Shown: in pieces, positions 16,103 to 27,117 of the stretch
Numbering within the stretch: position 1 is the stretch's first letter
Layout of the letters: every line of letters begins with the position of its first letter
Source of the DNA: Clostridiales bacterium
Lineage (GTDB): Bacteria; Bacillota; Clostridia; Peptostreptococcales; Anaerovoracaceae
Direction of reading: 5' to 3'
Length of the DNA: 49,064 nt
Assembly (NCBI GenBank): GCA_009782285.1
Contig: WRJK01000008.1
Span: forward strand, 1 to 49,064
Position numbers and translations under genes: made by a program
Notes under the pieces: generated by a model
The model's input: only the letters and a program-made list of their open reading frames with translations
The model's database searches: none
Told to the model about the DNA's origin: nothing

Positions 16103-18126
16103 TGGGCATCGGCGAGCATGTGACAACTGTGGCAGGGGTCGGTAAAAAGAAAGCCGAGGCGCTCAAAAAACTGAAGGTAGAAAAAGTTGAAGACTTTCTC
16201 TTTTTTTACCCAAGGAGCTACCAGGACAGGAGGAACGTTTCAAAGATAAGCGAACTGTCCCCCGGCAGGGCCTTTCTGATCAAAGCCACAGTGCAGCGTG
16301 TGGAAAAAGGCAACCCATACAGCAAAAAAAAGGTCCTTAAGCTTTTGGTAAGCGACGAATCTGCGGCGCTGGACGTGGTTTTTTTCAATGCGGGGTACCT
16401 TGCGAGCTCTTTCCAGCAAGGTTGCGAATGCTTTTTTTACGGGAAAGCGACAGCTGAAAGAGGCAAGCTGGTGATGGCCCACCCGGAATTTCAAGCAGCG
16501 GGCAAGCCGGATGAAACCGGCATAATACCCGTGTACCCGCTGACGGCCGGGGTTTCCCAAGCGGAGATGAGGAAATGGCAGAGGGCTGCCGTAGAATTTG
16601 CCCAAGACATGGACGAACACATGCCAGAAGGCATCATCAAGAGGAACAGGCTCTGCGGCATACGTCATGCGCTCAAGCACATACATTTCCCCGGCGACGG
16701 GCAAAAACTCAAAGAAGCAAAATTCAGGCTCGTCTTCGACGAACTGTTTTTCCTGCAGGCAGGGCTGCTGTCCGAAAGGCCCAAAGCAGACGCAGCAAGC
16801 GGGATACAGTTTTCAAAAGACGCAGACGCGGGTAAGTACGTATCGGGCCTGCCATACAATTTAACAGGCGCACAGGCCAAGGCTGTCTCAGAAATAACGG
16901 CAGACATGGAATCGGCGAGGGCAATGAACAGGCTGCTGCAGGGGGACGTGGGCTGCGGAAAGACTGCGGTCGCCGAGGTTGCCCTGTACAAGGCTTGCAT
17001 GAGCGGTTACCAAGGGGTCCTGATGGCTCCCACCGAGCTGTTGGCAAGCCAGCACTACGGAGCGCTTAAAGAAAGCTTTTCCGCTTATGGCATACAGGTC
17101 GCTTTCCTTTCCGGGAACATGGGCGCAAAGGAAAAAAGAGAAGCGTTGGCAGCGCTTGAGGACGGGCGGGCAGGCATCCTGGTGGGCACCCACGCGATAA
17201 TCCAGCCCAGCGTCAAGTTCAAGAATTTGGGGCTGGTCATAACCGACGAGCAGCACCGTTTCGGAGTGAACCAGCGGCTTCTGCTCGCGCAGAAGGGGAC
17301 ATGCCCCGACGTCCTTGTCATGTCAGCCACCCCGATTCCGCGCACACTGGCTATGATACTCTACGGCGACCTTGACATTACGGTAATCGACGAACTGCCC
17401 CCAGGCAGGCAGAAAACAATTACAAAGGCTGTAGGCAAGGGCTCGAGGGAGGCGGCTTACGAATTCATCAGGCGCGAGGTGCAGTCCGGGAGGCAGGCCT
17501 ACGTGGTCGCCCCGCTGATAGACGATTCCGATGTCATCGACGCGCGTTCAGCCGAGAGCATCTTCAAAGACTTGGAGCAACGCTTTTCAGGGCACAGCGT
17601 TGCGTTGCTCCACGGCGACATGAAGCAAGTTGAAAAAGACGAAACGATGAGGAAGTTTTACGAGGGCAGCGTGGACGTCCTCGTGTCCACTGTCGTCATC
17701 GAGGTGGGCATCAACGTCCCCAACGCCACTGTAATGCTCATAGAAAACGCTGAAAGGTTTGGCCTTTCGCAGCTCCACCAGCTGCGCGGCCGGGTCGGGA
17801 GGGGGAGCGGAAAATCCTACTGCATCCTCGTGACGGAAAACGAAACGGAGCTGGCTGCCGAAAGGGCGAAGGCGATGGTGAGGACACAGGACGGGTTTGA
17901 AATAGCGGAAATGGACCTGTCCCTGCGGGGTCCGGGAGAATTTTTCGGCACTAGGCAGCACGGCCTGCCGGATCTTAGGATAGCAAACCTGCTCAAGCAC
18001 GCCGGCATGCTTGAGTCTGTCAGGGAAGAAGCTAGGATGCTGCTCGCGGAAGACCCGGACCTGTCCCTGCCAAAACACTCCTTGCTGAAGGAAAAAATAC
18101 AGAAGCAGTTTGATTTGACGCTTTGA
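16102..18126 (+). CDS. recG: ATP-dependent DNA helicase RecG
   Basis: N-terminal wedge domain (FFYPRSYQDR), SF2 helicase motifs GDVGCGKT, DEQHRFGV, SATPIPRT, QLRGRVGRG and TRG-like C-terminus; 674 aa. Confidence 0.9.
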   Translation: MGIGEHVTTVAGVGKKKAEALKKLKVEKVEDFLFFYPRSYQDRRNVSKISELSPGRAFLIKATVQRVEKGNPYSKKKVLKLLVSDESAALDVVFFNAGYLASSFQQGCECFFYGKATAERGKLVMAHPEFQAAGKPDETGIIPVYPLTAGVSQAEMRKWQRAAVEFAQDMDEHMPEGIIKRNRLCGIRHALKHIHFPGDGQKLKEAKFRLVFDELFFLQAGLLSERPKADAASGIQFSKDADAGKYVSGLPYNLTGAQAKAVSEITADMESARAMNRLLQGDVGCGKTAVAEVALYKACMSGYQGVLMAPTELLASQHYGALKESFSAYGIQVAFLSGNMGAKEKREALAALEDGRAGILVGTHAIIQPSVKFKNLGLVITDEQHRFGVNQRLLLAQKGTCPDVLVMSATPIPRTLAMILYGDLDITVIDELPPGRQKTITKAVGKGSREAAYEFIRREVQSGRQAYVVAPLIDDSDVIDARSAESIFKDLEQRFSGHSVALLHGDMKQVEKDETMRKFYEGSVDVLVSTVVIEVGINVPNATVMLIENAERFGLSQLHQLRGRVGRGSGKSYCILVTENETELAAERAKAMVRTQDGFEIAEMDLSLRGPGEFFGTRQHGLPDLRIANLLKHAGMLESVREEARMLLAEDPDLSLPKHSLLKEKIQKQFDLTL

Positions 18127-18136
18127 GGGGCCGGGC

Positions 18137-18673
18137 ATGCGGATAATAGCGGGAAATTACAAAGGACGGGTGCTGGGCGCCCCAAGCGGAAGCGGCATAA
18201 GGCCGACCGCCGACAAGGTCAAAGGAGCCGTATTTTCAATGATCGGCGAAATCTTGGAGGGCTGCGTCGCCGTGGACCTGTTTTCGGGCACCGGGAGCTT
18301 GGGCATTGAAGCCTTGAGCCGGGGCGCTAGGATATGCTACTTCGGCGACGTTTCGCCCGAAAGCGTTGCGCTTACGAAATCAAACATAGGCATTTGCGGC
18401 GCAGGCAGCCGCAGCGTTGTCATTGCAGGGGATTTCGAGAAAACGCTGATGAAAATCCCCGAAAGGGCAGACTTGGTTTTTTTGGACCCCCCCTACAAAA
18501 AAGGCTTGATGGAGAGCTGCTTGAACCTCATTTGCAGGCAAGGCATCCTTAGCGAGGGCGGCATAGTCGTCTGCGAGCACGAGGGGGGCGAGGATCTGCC
18601 GGACGCAGTGGCTGGCCTCCAAAAGCTAAAAGAAAAAAAATACGGCAGAACTCTAATATCGTTATATGGTTGA
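18137..18673 (+). CDS. rsmD: 16S rRNA (guanine966-N2)-methyltransferase
   Basis: MRIIAGNYKGRVLGAPSGSGIRPTADKVKGAVFSMIG...DLFSGTGSLGIEALSRGA...FLDPPY are signature RsmD motifs. Confidence 0.85.
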   Translation: MRIIAGNYKGRVLGAPSGSGIRPTADKVKGAVFSMIGEILEGCVAVDLFSGTGSLGIEALSRGARICYFGDVSPESVALTKSNIGICGAGSRSVVIAGDFEKTLMKIPERADLVFLDPPYKKGLMESCLNLICRQGILSEGGIVVCEHEGGEDLPDAVAGLQKLKEKKYGRTLISLYG

Positions 18674-18738
18674 ATTATTCATCAAATTGTGTTAAGATTG
18701 TTTCATCCGTTTTGGCAAATGCAAAGGGAGGTCACTCA

Positions 18739-19233
18739 ATGATAATAAAAGCCTTATATGCAGGTTCTTTCGACCCAGTCACCAACGGGCACCTGGACAT
18801 CATAAACAGGGCGGCGAAGCAATACGACAGACTCGTGATAGGAGTGATAGCGAATCCAGCGAAAACACCGTTTTTTTCCATCGAGGAACGGAAAGAAATG
18901 ATCAAAATCGCCACATGCCACCTAACCAACGTGGATATTGTCAGCTTTCAAGGGCTTTTGGCAGATTACGTGAACAGCAACAATTTCGACGTGGTTGTCA
19001 GGGGGCTGCGGGCTATCACGGATTTCGAGTACGAAATACAGATGGCTCAGATGAACGCGCGGCTTTTCAACGACAACGTCGAGACTATATTTCTGATGAC
19101 CAGCCCGAGCTACTCTTTTATCAGTTCAAACCTGATAAGGGAGGTCCATCAGCTTGGCGGAGACATAAGCGGGCTTGTGCCTGGGAAAATACTAATGATC
19201 ATGAATCATAAAAGGGGGATTGTGTCAGAATGA
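18739..19233 (+). CDS. coaD: phosphopantetheine adenylyltransferase
   Basis: MIIKALYAGSFDPVTNGHLDIINRAAKQYDRLVIGV carries the (H/T)xGH nucleotidyltransferase motif. ATG 18739 after GGGAGG. Confidence 0.9.
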   Translation: MIIKALYAGSFDPVTNGHLDIINRAAKQYDRLVIGVIANPAKTPFFSIEERKEMIKIATCHLTNVDIVSFQGLLADYVNSNNFDVVVRGLRAITDFEYEIQMAQMNARLFNDNVETIFLMTSPSYSFISSNLIREVHQLGGDISGLVPGKILMIMNHKRGIVSE

Positions 19234-19760
19234 AAGTTTTAGAACTACTGGACGAGCTTGAAGAAATCGTCGACACTGCGTCAGGTTTTCCGCTGACCGG
19301 GAAAATAATGGTTGATGCCGGGGAGCTGCTGGAAATAATAAAAGAGATCAGAATCGAGTTGCCTGACGAGATTCAGCAGGCGCAATGGATAAAAAACGAG
19401 CGGCAGAGGATTTTGGACGAAGCCAAGCGGGAATACGAGACTGTGCTCCGGGACGCGCAAAGGCAGGCGGAGATGCTCATCGAGAACGACGACATAATCG
19501 TCAAGGCGAAGGTCCGGGCAGACGAAATTATCAAAATTGCCGAAGCGAACGTGAAGCACCTGAAAATGAGCACTTTCGACTACATCGACAGCATACTGTA
19601 CAATTTTCAGGAGAAGATGGACCAGCTGAACGCCCAGTATTTCGGCGACATGTTCAACAACTTGGAAAAGACCTTTGAATCCATTGGCACGACGCTGACC
19701 GACAACCGCAACGAAATCAAGGAAATGGCGTACAGGACCAAAATGGAGGGCGATTATTAG
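19230..19760 (+). CDS. conserved hypothetical coiled-coil protein (ylb-cluster position)
   Basis: Start ATGA-overlaps the coaD stop after an AGGGGGA RBS. Predicted all-helical, charged; no catalytic motif recognised. Confidence 0.6.
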   Translation: MKVLELLDELEEIVDTASGFPLTGKIMVDAGELLEIIKEIRIELPDEIQQAQWIKNERQRILDEAKREYETVLRDAQRQAEMLIENDDIIVKAKVRADEIIKIAEANVKHLKMSTFDYIDSILYNFQEKMDQLNAQYFGDMFNNLEKTFESIGTTLTDNRNEIKEMAYRTKMEGDY

Positions 19761-19791
19761 CCCTTTTCCGGCGAAGGCGGCACCATCCAAA

Positions 19792-21009
19792 ATGAAAGTT
19801 TTAGGCATCGTAGCTGAATACAACCCTTTTCACAAAGGGCACCTTTTCCATCTGGCAGAGTCGAAAAGAATGTCGGGCGCCGGTGCCTGCGTCGCCGTAA
19901 TGAGCGGAAATTTCACCCAGCGCGGCGAAGTGGCTTTTTTCGACAAATGGGAAAGGGCCAGGATCGCGGTGGACTGCGGCGTCGATCTTGTGCTTGAGCT
20001 GCCTTTTGCCTACGCTTGCAACACTGCGGAGCATTTCGCCAAGGGAGCTGTCCAGATACTGGACGGCCTTTCTTGCGTAGACGCCATGTCTTTCGGCAGC
20101 GAGTCGGGGGATTTGACAAAACTGTCAGAATCCGCAAGCTGCCTTCTTAGCGAAGACGAAAAGTTCCGGGAAAACTTGAAGAGCGGCTTGGAGAAGGGGG
20201 ATTCTTTCCCAAAAGCAAGGGCTGGCGCCCTTCGCCTTGCCGCAGGTGAAGAAATCGCGGAGATGCTTAGCAGCCCGAACAACATCCTTGCTGTAGAATA
20301 CTTGAAGCAGCTGATGCTTGCCGGCAGCAGCCTTGCCCCGCTTACGGTTAGGAGGGAAGGCGCTGGCCACAATTCAAAGGCGCCGTCGGGCGGGTTTTCC
20401 AGCGCGGCTTCGATAAGGGGCATGCTGGGGGCAGGCGGCATGAATGAAGCGTCGAAATACGTCCCCGATGAATGCTATGATCGCATAAAAAAAATTAATA
20501 TAGGCTTTAATGAAAAAATTAATAACCTATTTTTGTTGATATCAGCGAAAATATTTTCTGAAACTGAAGAAAAACTCGAAGAAACCCTGTCGGCAGGCGA
20601 GGGGCTGGGCTGCAGGCTGAAAAAAGCGGCAAGGGGGGCGGACTGCCTTGAAAGCCTAGTGTCAGGAACAAAGTCAAAACGCTACACCAGGACGCGGATT
20701 CAGAGGCTGCTCGTGCATGCGCTTTTCGATCTGAAAGCTGCAGATTTCCATGGGATCCTCGACGCTGGCTTGAACTATGCCAGGGTGCTGGCTTTCAACG
20801 CTGAAGGCGCCGCCCTGCTCAGAAGGGCCAAGGGCGCCGGCACAAGGATACCGGTTATTACCAACATCAACAAGCAGGTGCGCGACGGGGACGAAATATT
20901 CAGGCTGCTGAAGTACGATCTGCTCGCTTCGGACCTGTACAATTTGGTTTCAGGCAGCGATACACGCGTGAAAAGCGATTTTGTCGTTCCGCCTTACCAC
21001 AAATTTTAA
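19792..21009 (+). CDS. tmcAL: UPF0348/YlbM-family nucleotidyltransferase (tRNA-Met cytidine acetate ligase TmcAL-like)
   Basis: [26 protein letters not shown]...[28 protein letters not shown] matches the YlbM/TmcAL N-terminus (HxGH-like NPFHKGH). Confidence 0.7.
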   Translation: MKVLGIVAEYNPFHKGHLFHLAESKRMSGAGACVAVMSGNFTQRGEVAFFDKWERARIAVDCGVDLVLELPFAYACNTAEHFAKGAVQILDGLSCVDAMSFGSESGDLTKLSESASCLLSEDEKFRENLKSGLEKGDSFPKARAGALRLAAGEEIAEMLSSPNNILAVEYLKQLMLAGSSLAPLTVRREGAGHNSKAPSGGFSSAASIRGMLGAGGMNEASKYVPDECYDRIKKINIGFNEKINNLFLLISAKIFSETEEKLEETLSAGEGLGCRLKKAARGADCLESLVSGTKSKRYTRTRIQRLLVHALFDLKAADFHGILDAGLNYARVLAFNAEGAALLRRAKGAGTRIPVITNINKQVRDGDEIFRLLKYDLLASDLYNLVSGSDTRVKSDFVVPPYHKF

Positions 21010-21094
21010 CAAAAGGCTTGAAAATATTGGTGACAGCATTATAATTAATATAGTGAAGCCTTGTGAAAATTATGTAAAACGGAGGAATACAGGA

Positions 21095-22300
21095 ATGAAA
21101 ATACTGGTAATCAACTGCGGGAGCTCTTCTCTGAAGTATCAGGTTTTGGACATGACCGGCGAACAGCTGCTGGCTAAAGGCCTCGTTGAGAGGATCGGAA
21201 TCGAGGGTTCCGCCATCACCCATGAAAAAATAGGCTGCGAAGACAAGCTAAAGTTCACCACCCCGATGAAGGATCACAAAGACGCCATTGGGCACGTGCT
21301 GGATGCCCTTGTTCATGATGAATACGGTGTGATAAAATCGATGGGCGAAATATCAGGGGTAGGCCACAGGGTGGTGCACGCCGGGGAGAAATACGCAAGC
21401 TCCGTTCTGATCACGAAGGACGTAATCCAAGCATTGGAAGAATGCAGCGACCTTGCGCCCCTGCACAACCCGCCCAACCTTTTGGGGATCAGCGCCTGCC
21501 GCGAGCTCATGCCCGACACTCCGATGATCGCGGTGTTCGACACGGCGTTCCATCAGACTATGCCCCCCGAATCCTACATATACGCGCTGCCATACGAGTA
21601 TTACAAGAAATACGGCGTCAGGAAGTACGGTTTCCACGGCACGAGCCACAAATACGTGGCAGAGAGGGCTGCGGACATTTTGAGCATCAACATCGAAGAC
21701 TTGAAGATAATCACCTGCCATTTGGGGAACGGGGCTTCGATGGCAGCGATCAAAAGAGGCAAGTGCGTCGACACTTCCATGGGGTTCACGCCCTTGGAAG
21801 GGCTGGTCATGGGGACCCGCTCCGGCGACATAGACTCGGCAATAGTCAATTTCATCATGGAAAAGGAAGGGCTTTCCTCAAGCGAGCTCAACGACATACT
21901 GAACAAGAAATCGGGCGTGCTGGGGATATCAGGGATTTCCAGCGATTTCAGGGACATCGGCCTTGCTGCGGAAGAGGGGAACGAGAGGGCGCTTCTGGCG
22001 CTCAAGATATTCGCCCACCGGGTCAGGTTCTACATCGGCGGCTACATCGCCGAGATGAACGGTGTTGACGCTATTGTGTTCACGGCCGGCGTTGGCGAGA
22101 ACGACATTTCGATGAGGGACATCATCTGCAACGACCTTGGGAACCTGGGGATCAAGCTCGACCTTGTGAAGAACAAGGTTAGGGGCAAGGAGATGATCAT
22201 ATCCCGCGACGATTCAAAGGTCAAGATACTGCTGGTCCCCACAAACGAGGAGCTCATGATTGCAAGGGACACTTACGACATCATTAAGAGCAAAATATGA
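21095..22300 (+). CDS. ackA: acetate kinase
   Basis: [37 protein letters not shown] and [13 protein letters not shown] are canonical AckA motifs. ATG 21095 after GGAGG. Confidence 0.9.
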   Translation: MKILVINCGSSSLKYQVLDMTGEQLLAKGLVERIGIEGSAITHEKIGCEDKLKFTTPMKDHKDAIGHVLDALVHDEYGVIKSMGEISGVGHRVVHAGEKYASSVLITKDVIQALEECSDLAPLHNPPNLLGISACRELMPDTPMIAVFDTAFHQTMPPESYIYALPYEYYKKYGVRKYGFHGTSHKYVAERAADILSINIEDLKIITCHLGNGASMAAIKRGKCVDTSMGFTPLEGLVMGTRSGDIDSAIVNFIMEKEGLSSSELNDILNKKSGVLGISGISSDFRDIGLAAEEGNERALLALKIFAHRVRFYIGGYIAEMNGVDAIVFTAGVGENDISMRDIICNDLGNLGIKLDLVKNKVRGKEMIISRDDSKVKILLVPTNEELMIARDTYDIIKSKI

Positions 22301-22317
22301 AAACGCGAAAATAACAT

Positions 22318-22346
22318 TTGACAACCGGGTTTTCAGCAGATATAAT
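22318..22346 (+). promoter_or_regulatory. consensus promoter for rpmF (TTGACA-17-TATAAT)
   Basis: Exact TTGACA at 22318-22323 and TATAAT at 22341-22346 with a 17 bp spacer. Confidence 0.6.
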
Positions 22347-22405
22347 TTAAGAGTTGCATTTCAGTTGGAATTCAAACACAAAACGAGCAAAAGGAGGTGT
22401 AGAGT

Positions 22406-22606
22406 ATGGCAGTTCCAAAGAGAAGGACATCAAGCTCGAAAAGAGACATGAGAAGGGCTCCGAACATGAAGAAGACCCCGCCGGCGCTGTCGATTTGCCC
22501 ACAGTGCCACGAACCGAAGCTTCCGCACAGAGTTTGCCCGAACTGCAATTACTACAACGGCAGGGAAATAGTAGCTTCAGAAGAAAAAAGCAAAGCAGCT
22601 AAATAA
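22406..22606 (+). CDS. rpmF: 50S ribosomal protein L32
   Basis: [17 protein letters not shown]...[25 protein letters not shown] is the L32 zinc-ribbon form. RBS AAAGGAGGTG. Confidence 0.9.
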   Translation: MAVPKRRTSSSKRDMRRAPNMKKTPPALSICPQCHEPKLPHRVCPNCNYYNGREIVASEEKSKAAK

Positions 22607-22609
22607 AAA

Positions 22610-22648
22610 CATCCGCAGGCGCCGGCGCATGGCTCCTGCGGATTTTTT
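22610..22648. terminator. bidirectional rho-independent terminator (rpmF / asd)
   Basis: atccgcagg...cctgcggat stem followed by TTTTTT on plus; the reverse complement is also followed by a T-rich run. Confidence 0.7.
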
Positions 22649-22684
22649 AGTTGCAATGATTTGCAATGTTGAGCTTTCGTTGTT

Positions 22685-23686
22685 TCACTGCGCCTGCTTG
22701 GCCAGCACCTCCGCTATCTGCACAGCGTTGGTCGCAGCGCCCTTCCTCACGTTGTCAGCCACCACCCAGAGGTTGAGGCCGTTTTCAACCGAGAAGTCGC
22801 GCCTTACCCTGCCTACGAACACTTCGTCCCTGCCGGATGCGTCCCTGGCAAGGGGGTATACGCTGTTTTCCGGGTCGTCTTTCAGGACTACCCCTGGCGA
22901 TGACGCCAGCAGGGCTTTTACCTCTTCAATGTCAAAAGGCTTTTTCAGCTCCACGTTCAGCGATTCGCTGTGGGAATTGAAGACGGGGACCCTCACCGTG
23001 GTCGCGGTTATGGCGATGCTGCCATCCCCAAGTATCTTGCGCGTTTCGTTTATCATTTTCATCTCTTCCTTCGTGTAACCGTTCTCCAGGAAGGCGTCTA
23101 TGTGCGGCAGGCAGTTCCCGGCGATAGGGTGGGCGTAGGCTGTGGTTTCAACGCTTCCGGTGAGGCCGTTTTCAAGATCAGCAATGCCTTTGACGCCAGA
23201 ACCCGATACGGCTTGGTACGTGGAAAAGACCACCCGCTTGATCCCGTACCTGTCGTAGAGCGGTTTCAAGCAGACGACTGCTTGGATCGTGGAGCAGTTG
23301 GGGTTGGCGATGATGCCCTTGTTCCACAGTATGTCGCCAGGGTTCACTTCGGGTACCACAAGGGGGACGTTTTCGTCCATGCGCCACGCGCTGCTGTTGT
23401 CGACTACAATTGCCCCGCCCCGCACAGCTACGGGGGCGAATTCTTTGCTGACCTCCCCGCCTGCGGAAAACAGGGCTATGTCGACAGGCTTGTCAAAGGA
23501 GCGCTCCGTCAGTTCTTCCACCACGTAGCCCTTCCCCATGAAAGTCACTGTTTTTCCGGCTGATTTCGCTGAAGCCATGATGTGCAGGCTGCCAAAAGGA
23601 AACCCTCTTTCCTCGATAACCTGCAGAAACGTACTGCCTACGAGGCCGGTTGCGCCTACGATGGCAAGGTTCGGTTTCTTGTCCAC
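22685..23686 (-). CDS. asd: aspartate-semialdehyde dehydrogenase
   Basis: KPNLAIVGATGLVGSTFLQVIEER N-terminal NAD fold, catalytic region ...SNPNCSTIQ... and C-terminal FVGRVRRD. GTG start at 23686 after GGAGGG; the longer 23755 start was rejected as reading through the promoter. Confidence 0.85.
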   Translation of the reverse strand: MDKKPNLAIVGATGLVGSTFLQVIEERGFPFGSLHIMASAKSAGKTVTFMGKGYVVEELTERSFDKPVDIALFSAGGEVSKEFAPVAVRGGAIVVDNSSAWRMDENVPLVVPEVNPGDILWNKGIIANPNCSTIQAVVCLKPLYDRYGIKRVVFSTYQAVSGSGVKGIADLENGLTGSVETTAYAHPIAGNCLPHIDAFLENGYTKEEMKMINETRKILGDGSIAITATTVRVPVFNSHSESLNVELKKPFDIEEVKALLASSPGVVLKDDPENSVYPLARDASGRDEVFVGRVRRDFSVENGLNLWVVADNVRKGAATNAVQIAEVLAKQAQ

Positions 23687-23854
23687 TGCACTGCCCTCCT
23701 GTTCGTAAAATGTAATACAAATAAAATTATAGCACCTTGCTGGGCGGTAAAACAAGAAAAACGTTTCAAAACGTAGGGAAATTTTAATACTTATTTGCGG
23801 ATAATTGTGGTATAATATACCAAGATTTCATTGAACAGAAGGGGGTTTTGCGTT

Positions 23855-24691
23855 TTGAGCGTTGCAGAAGCCGTAATACTTGGGTTGGTTCAGGGGCTTG
23901 CCGAGTTCTTGCCGATCAGCAGCTCGGGCCACTTGGCGCTGCTGGAAAAACTTTTCGGGATAGAAGGGGAGAGCGTCCTTGCGTTCGCCGTCCTGCTCCA
24001 TGTGGGTACGCTTGCCTCCGTGCTCGCAGTCTACTGGAAAGACGTGCTTGCGCTTGTTTACGAGCTGTGCATGGTGTTTAAAGACCTGTTCACAGGCAAA
24101 GGGCTAAGGCCGGATGCAAACCCTACGCGGAAGCTGGGGTTTCTGATAATCGCCGCGACGGTGCCGACTGCATTGATGGGCGTCCTGCTTGGCGACGTGT
24201 TTTCAGCGATGTACCTGTCGCTTCCCGTCATCGGGGCAGGGTTCCTGATCACCGGGACCATACTGCTTGCCGCAGAGAGGTTGGGGCAAAACCGCAAGAA
24301 GATAAAGGACATGAAGTACCGCAGCGCAGTTTTTACAGGCATATGCCAAGGCGTCGCAATATGTCCGGGGATATCCAGGTCAGGGGCGACTTTGTTCGGC
24401 AGCCTGATATGCGGGCTGGACCGCGCCAGCGCAGTGAAATTCGCGTTTTTGCTGTCGCTGCCTTCGATAATGGGCTCGGCTGTGCTTGAAGCCCCCAAGG
24501 CGTTTGCGGAAGGGGCGGGGCCGTCTATGGCGGCACCGATCGCTGTTGGGGCGGCAGTTGCTGCAATTGCAGGGTTTTTTGCCATAAAGACGATGATAAA
24601 AGTCGTGTCAAGCAAAAAATTGTTCGGCTTTTCCATTTATACGTGGGCATTGGGTGCTGCTGTTTTGGCGTACGCGTTCATTTTGGCGTAG
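23855..24691 (+). CDS. uppP: undecaprenyl-diphosphate phosphatase
   Basis: [19 protein letters not shown] and later [10 protein letters not shown] motifs of BacA/UppP. TTG 23855 after AGGGGG is preferred; ATG 23831 is possible. Confidence 0.85.
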   Translation: MSVAEAVILGLVQGLAEFLPISSSGHLALLEKLFGIEGESVLAFAVLLHVGTLASVLAVYWKDVLALVYELCMVFKDLFTGKGLRPDANPTRKLGFLIIAATVPTALMGVLLGDVFSAMYLSLPVIGAGFLITGTILLAAERLGQNRKKIKDMKYRSAVFTGICQGVAICPGISRSGATLFGSLICGLDRASAVKFAFLLSLPSIMGSAVLEAPKAFAEGAGPSMAAPIAVGAAVAAIAGFFAIKTMIKVVSSKKLFGFSIYTWALGAAVLAYAFILA

Positions 24692-24711
24692 AAAGGCGGG
24701 TGGCTGCTGGC

Positions 24712-27117
24712 ATGGCTGAAAAAAAGAAAAAAAGCAATAATACCGGCAAAACCGACAAAGCTGTCGGCAAGAAAAAGGCCGGTGGGACTGTCGCGTCCCG
24801 TGTGAAGGACGAAATCTGGGCCATCGTCATCATGGCTCTGGGTGCCTTCCTCATCATCGCGCTTCAGACCAGCGCCGCCGGGAAGCTTGGCGGCGCCATA
24901 GCCACGCTGTTTTTCGGGGTCTTTGGGTTTATGGCTTATGTCCTGCCGTACTATTTGATACTGTACGGGATGCTGCTGTTCGCCAAAAAGGCTGCCCACG
25001 TCGGTGGGCGCTCAGCTGCATTCCTCGCGCTGATTTTCTTGATGCTTACAATCATCAACTCGAGCAGGTTCATCGACCCAGAGGGCTTGAATTACAGCTT
25101 TGCCGGCATTTTCAACGCTGGCGTGAAGCTTTCAGGCGGAGGGGTTTTCGGCACCTATGCGGGTAACGTTTTAGTGAAACTGACAGGCAAATCAGGCCTT
25201 TTCATATTCTCCTTCGTTGTCATCCTGGCATCGCTGCTTCTGGTGATCAACACGCCCATATCCCAATTCTTGGACAGCCTTAAGCTGAAGAGGGCCGAAA
25301 GGAGGGAAAAGAAGGCGGGCGAGGCATGGGAAGAACCGGCGGAGGGCTCGGCGGCTGCCGCAAAGCCGCCTGCCGCAAAGCCGCCTGCCGCCCCGCCGCT
25401 TGCCGGGGCGGGGCGCCCTGAGCAGCCTCTGCCGGCGGAGCCGGAAGAGGCTGCGGCAGAAAACGGCGCTCCAAGGAAAAGCCCTTTCGACGAGCTTTAC
25501 GGCGGAATGTCTGTGAACCAGATGAAAATAATGGATTACATGAGCGACGACAACCTGTTTGAAAAAACGGAAGCAGCCAACAGAGCCGTTGAAGAATTCA
25601 GTAAAGCCGAAGAGGCTGCGGAGGCAAAACCCCCGATCGCCGGCGGCGCAAAGCTCAGCAAGCCGGCAACAGCGAAGTACCAGCTGCCGTCCATTGAGTT
25701 CCTGAACAAGGGCATCGACGGGAGCAGGCTCAACTCAGACGCGGGCCTCATGGCGAAGGCGGGCAAGCTGGAAGAGACGCTAAGCAATTTTCACGTCGAC
25801 GCCAAAGTGCTCAGGGTCACCCAAGGCCCGGCGGTAACAAGGTACGAAATCCAGCCAAACACAGGCGTCAAGGTGAACAGCATCGTAAGGCTGGCAGACG
25901 ACATTGCGCTGAACCTCGAAGCAAGGAGCATCAGGATCGAGGCACCCATCCCCGGCAAGGCTGCCGTAGGCATCGAAGTCGAAAACGACAAGGTGACGAT
26001 GGTCACGCTCAGGGACATACTGGCGTCAAAGGAATTCAAGGACTCGAAGTCGAAGATCGCTTTTGCCATCGGCAAGGACATCTCAGGCAACTCCATAGTC
26101 GCCGACCTGAAAGAGATGCCCCACATGCTGATTGCCGGCGCCACGGGCTCGGGCAAGAGCGTTTGCATCAACAGCATCATCATAAGCATCCTGTACAAGG
26201 CGCTTCCCGAGGAAGTCAAGCTGGTCCTGATCGACCCGAAAGTCGTCGAGCTGAGGAACTACAACGGCATCCCGCACCTCTTGATCCCTGTTGTGACGGA
26301 GCCGCCGAAAGCTGCTGCGGCACTGGGCTGGGCCGTTTCCGAGATGACCGACAGGTACAAGAAATTTGCTGAAGAAGGCGTGCGCGACCTGGATTCATAC
26401 AACGGCTCAGTCAGGAAACGAAACGAAAACGACATGGTGCTCCCTCAGATTGTCATCATTATCGACGAGCTCGCGGACCTTATGATGGCTGCGCCGTCCC
26501 AAGTCGAAGAATCCATATGCAGGCTGGCGCAGATGGCGCGGGCGGCGGGCATGCACTTGATCGTCGCCACCCAAAGGCCTTCCGTAGACATAATAACCGG
26601 GGTTATAAAAGCCAACATCCCGTCAAGGATAGCCTTCGCCGTTTCATCCCAGTTCGATTCCAGGACGATTCTGGACATGTCCGGGGCAGAGAAGCTCGTT
26701 GGCAAAGGCGACATGCTGTTCAACCCGATTGGCATCCCAAAACCTGTCAGGGTGCAGGGCACGTTCATATCCGACAGCGAAGTGCACAGGGTCATCGAAT
26801 TCGTGAAATCCCAGTCCAAGGAGGTCGAGTACGCGGACGACGTGATCCACACGATAGAAAAAGGGGACGCAGAGGGCAGCCAAGGCGGCGACGAGCTCCT
26901 GGACGAAGCGATAGAAACAGTCGTAAAGACCAAGCAGGCATCGGCTTCAGGGCTGCAAAGGCGCTTCCGCATAGGGTACAACAGAGCTGCCAGGATAATT
27001 GAAATAATGGAAGCGAAGGGGATTATAAGCAGGGCCGACGGGAGCAAGCCCAGGCAGGTGCTGATGACCGAGGAAGAGCTTTACGAGGCCGGAAACGAGA
27101 AGAAAGGGCTTGAATAG
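24712..27117 (+). CDS. ftsK: DNA translocase FtsK/SpoIIIE
   Basis: N-terminal polytopic membrane domain, Pro/Ala-rich linker ([17 protein letters not shown]), motor domain with Walker [12 protein letters not shown] and Walker [11 protein letters not shown], and a C-terminal winged-helix gamma domain. ATG 24712. Confidence 0.9.
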   Translation: MAEKKKKSNNTGKTDKAVGKKKAGGTVASRVKDEIWAIVIMALGAFLIIALQTSAAGKLGGAIATLFFGVFGFMAYVLPYYLILYGMLLFAKKAAHVGGRSAAFLALIFLMLTIINSSRFIDPEGLNYSFAGIFNAGVKLSGGGVFGTYAGNVLVKLTGKSGLFIFSFVVILASLLLVINTPISQFLDSLKLKRAERREKKAGEAWEEPAEGSAAAAKPPAAKPPAAPPLAGAGRPEQPLPAEPEEAAAENGAPRKSPFDELYGGMSVNQMKIMDYMSDDNLFEKTEAANRAVEEFSKAEEAAEAKPPIAGGAKLSKPATAKYQLPSIEFLNKGIDGSRLNSDAGLMAKAGKLEETLSNFHVDAKVLRVTQGPAVTRYEIQPNTGVKVNSIVRLADDIALNLEARSIRIEAPIPGKAAVGIEVENDKVTMVTLRDILASKEFKDSKSKIAFAIGKDISGNSIVADLKEMPHMLIAGATGSGKSVCINSIIISILYKALPEEVKLVLIDPKVVELRNYNGIPHLLIPVVTEPPKAAAALGWAVSEMTDRYKKFAEEGVRDLDSYNGSVRKRNENDMVLPQIVIIIDELADLMMAAPSQVEESICRLAQMARAAGMHLIVATQRPSVDIITGVIKANIPSRIAFAVSSQFDSRTILDMSGAEKLVGKGDMLFNPIGIPKPVRVQGTFISDSEVHRVIEFVKSQSKEVEYADDVIHTIEKGDAEGSQGGDELLDEAIETVVKTKQASASGLQRRFRIGYNRAARIIEIMEAKGIISRADGSKPRQVLMTEEELYEAGNEKKGLE
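25356..25392. repeat. 15 bp x ~2.5 tandem repeat inside the ftsK linker (AAKPP)
   Basis: tgccgcaaagccgcc tgccgcaaagccgcc tgccgcc. Confidence 0.8.

Noticed and set aside
22607-22684. Possible small ORF or ncRNA between rpmF and asd
   Set aside because: Fully explained by a bidirectional terminator hairpin.
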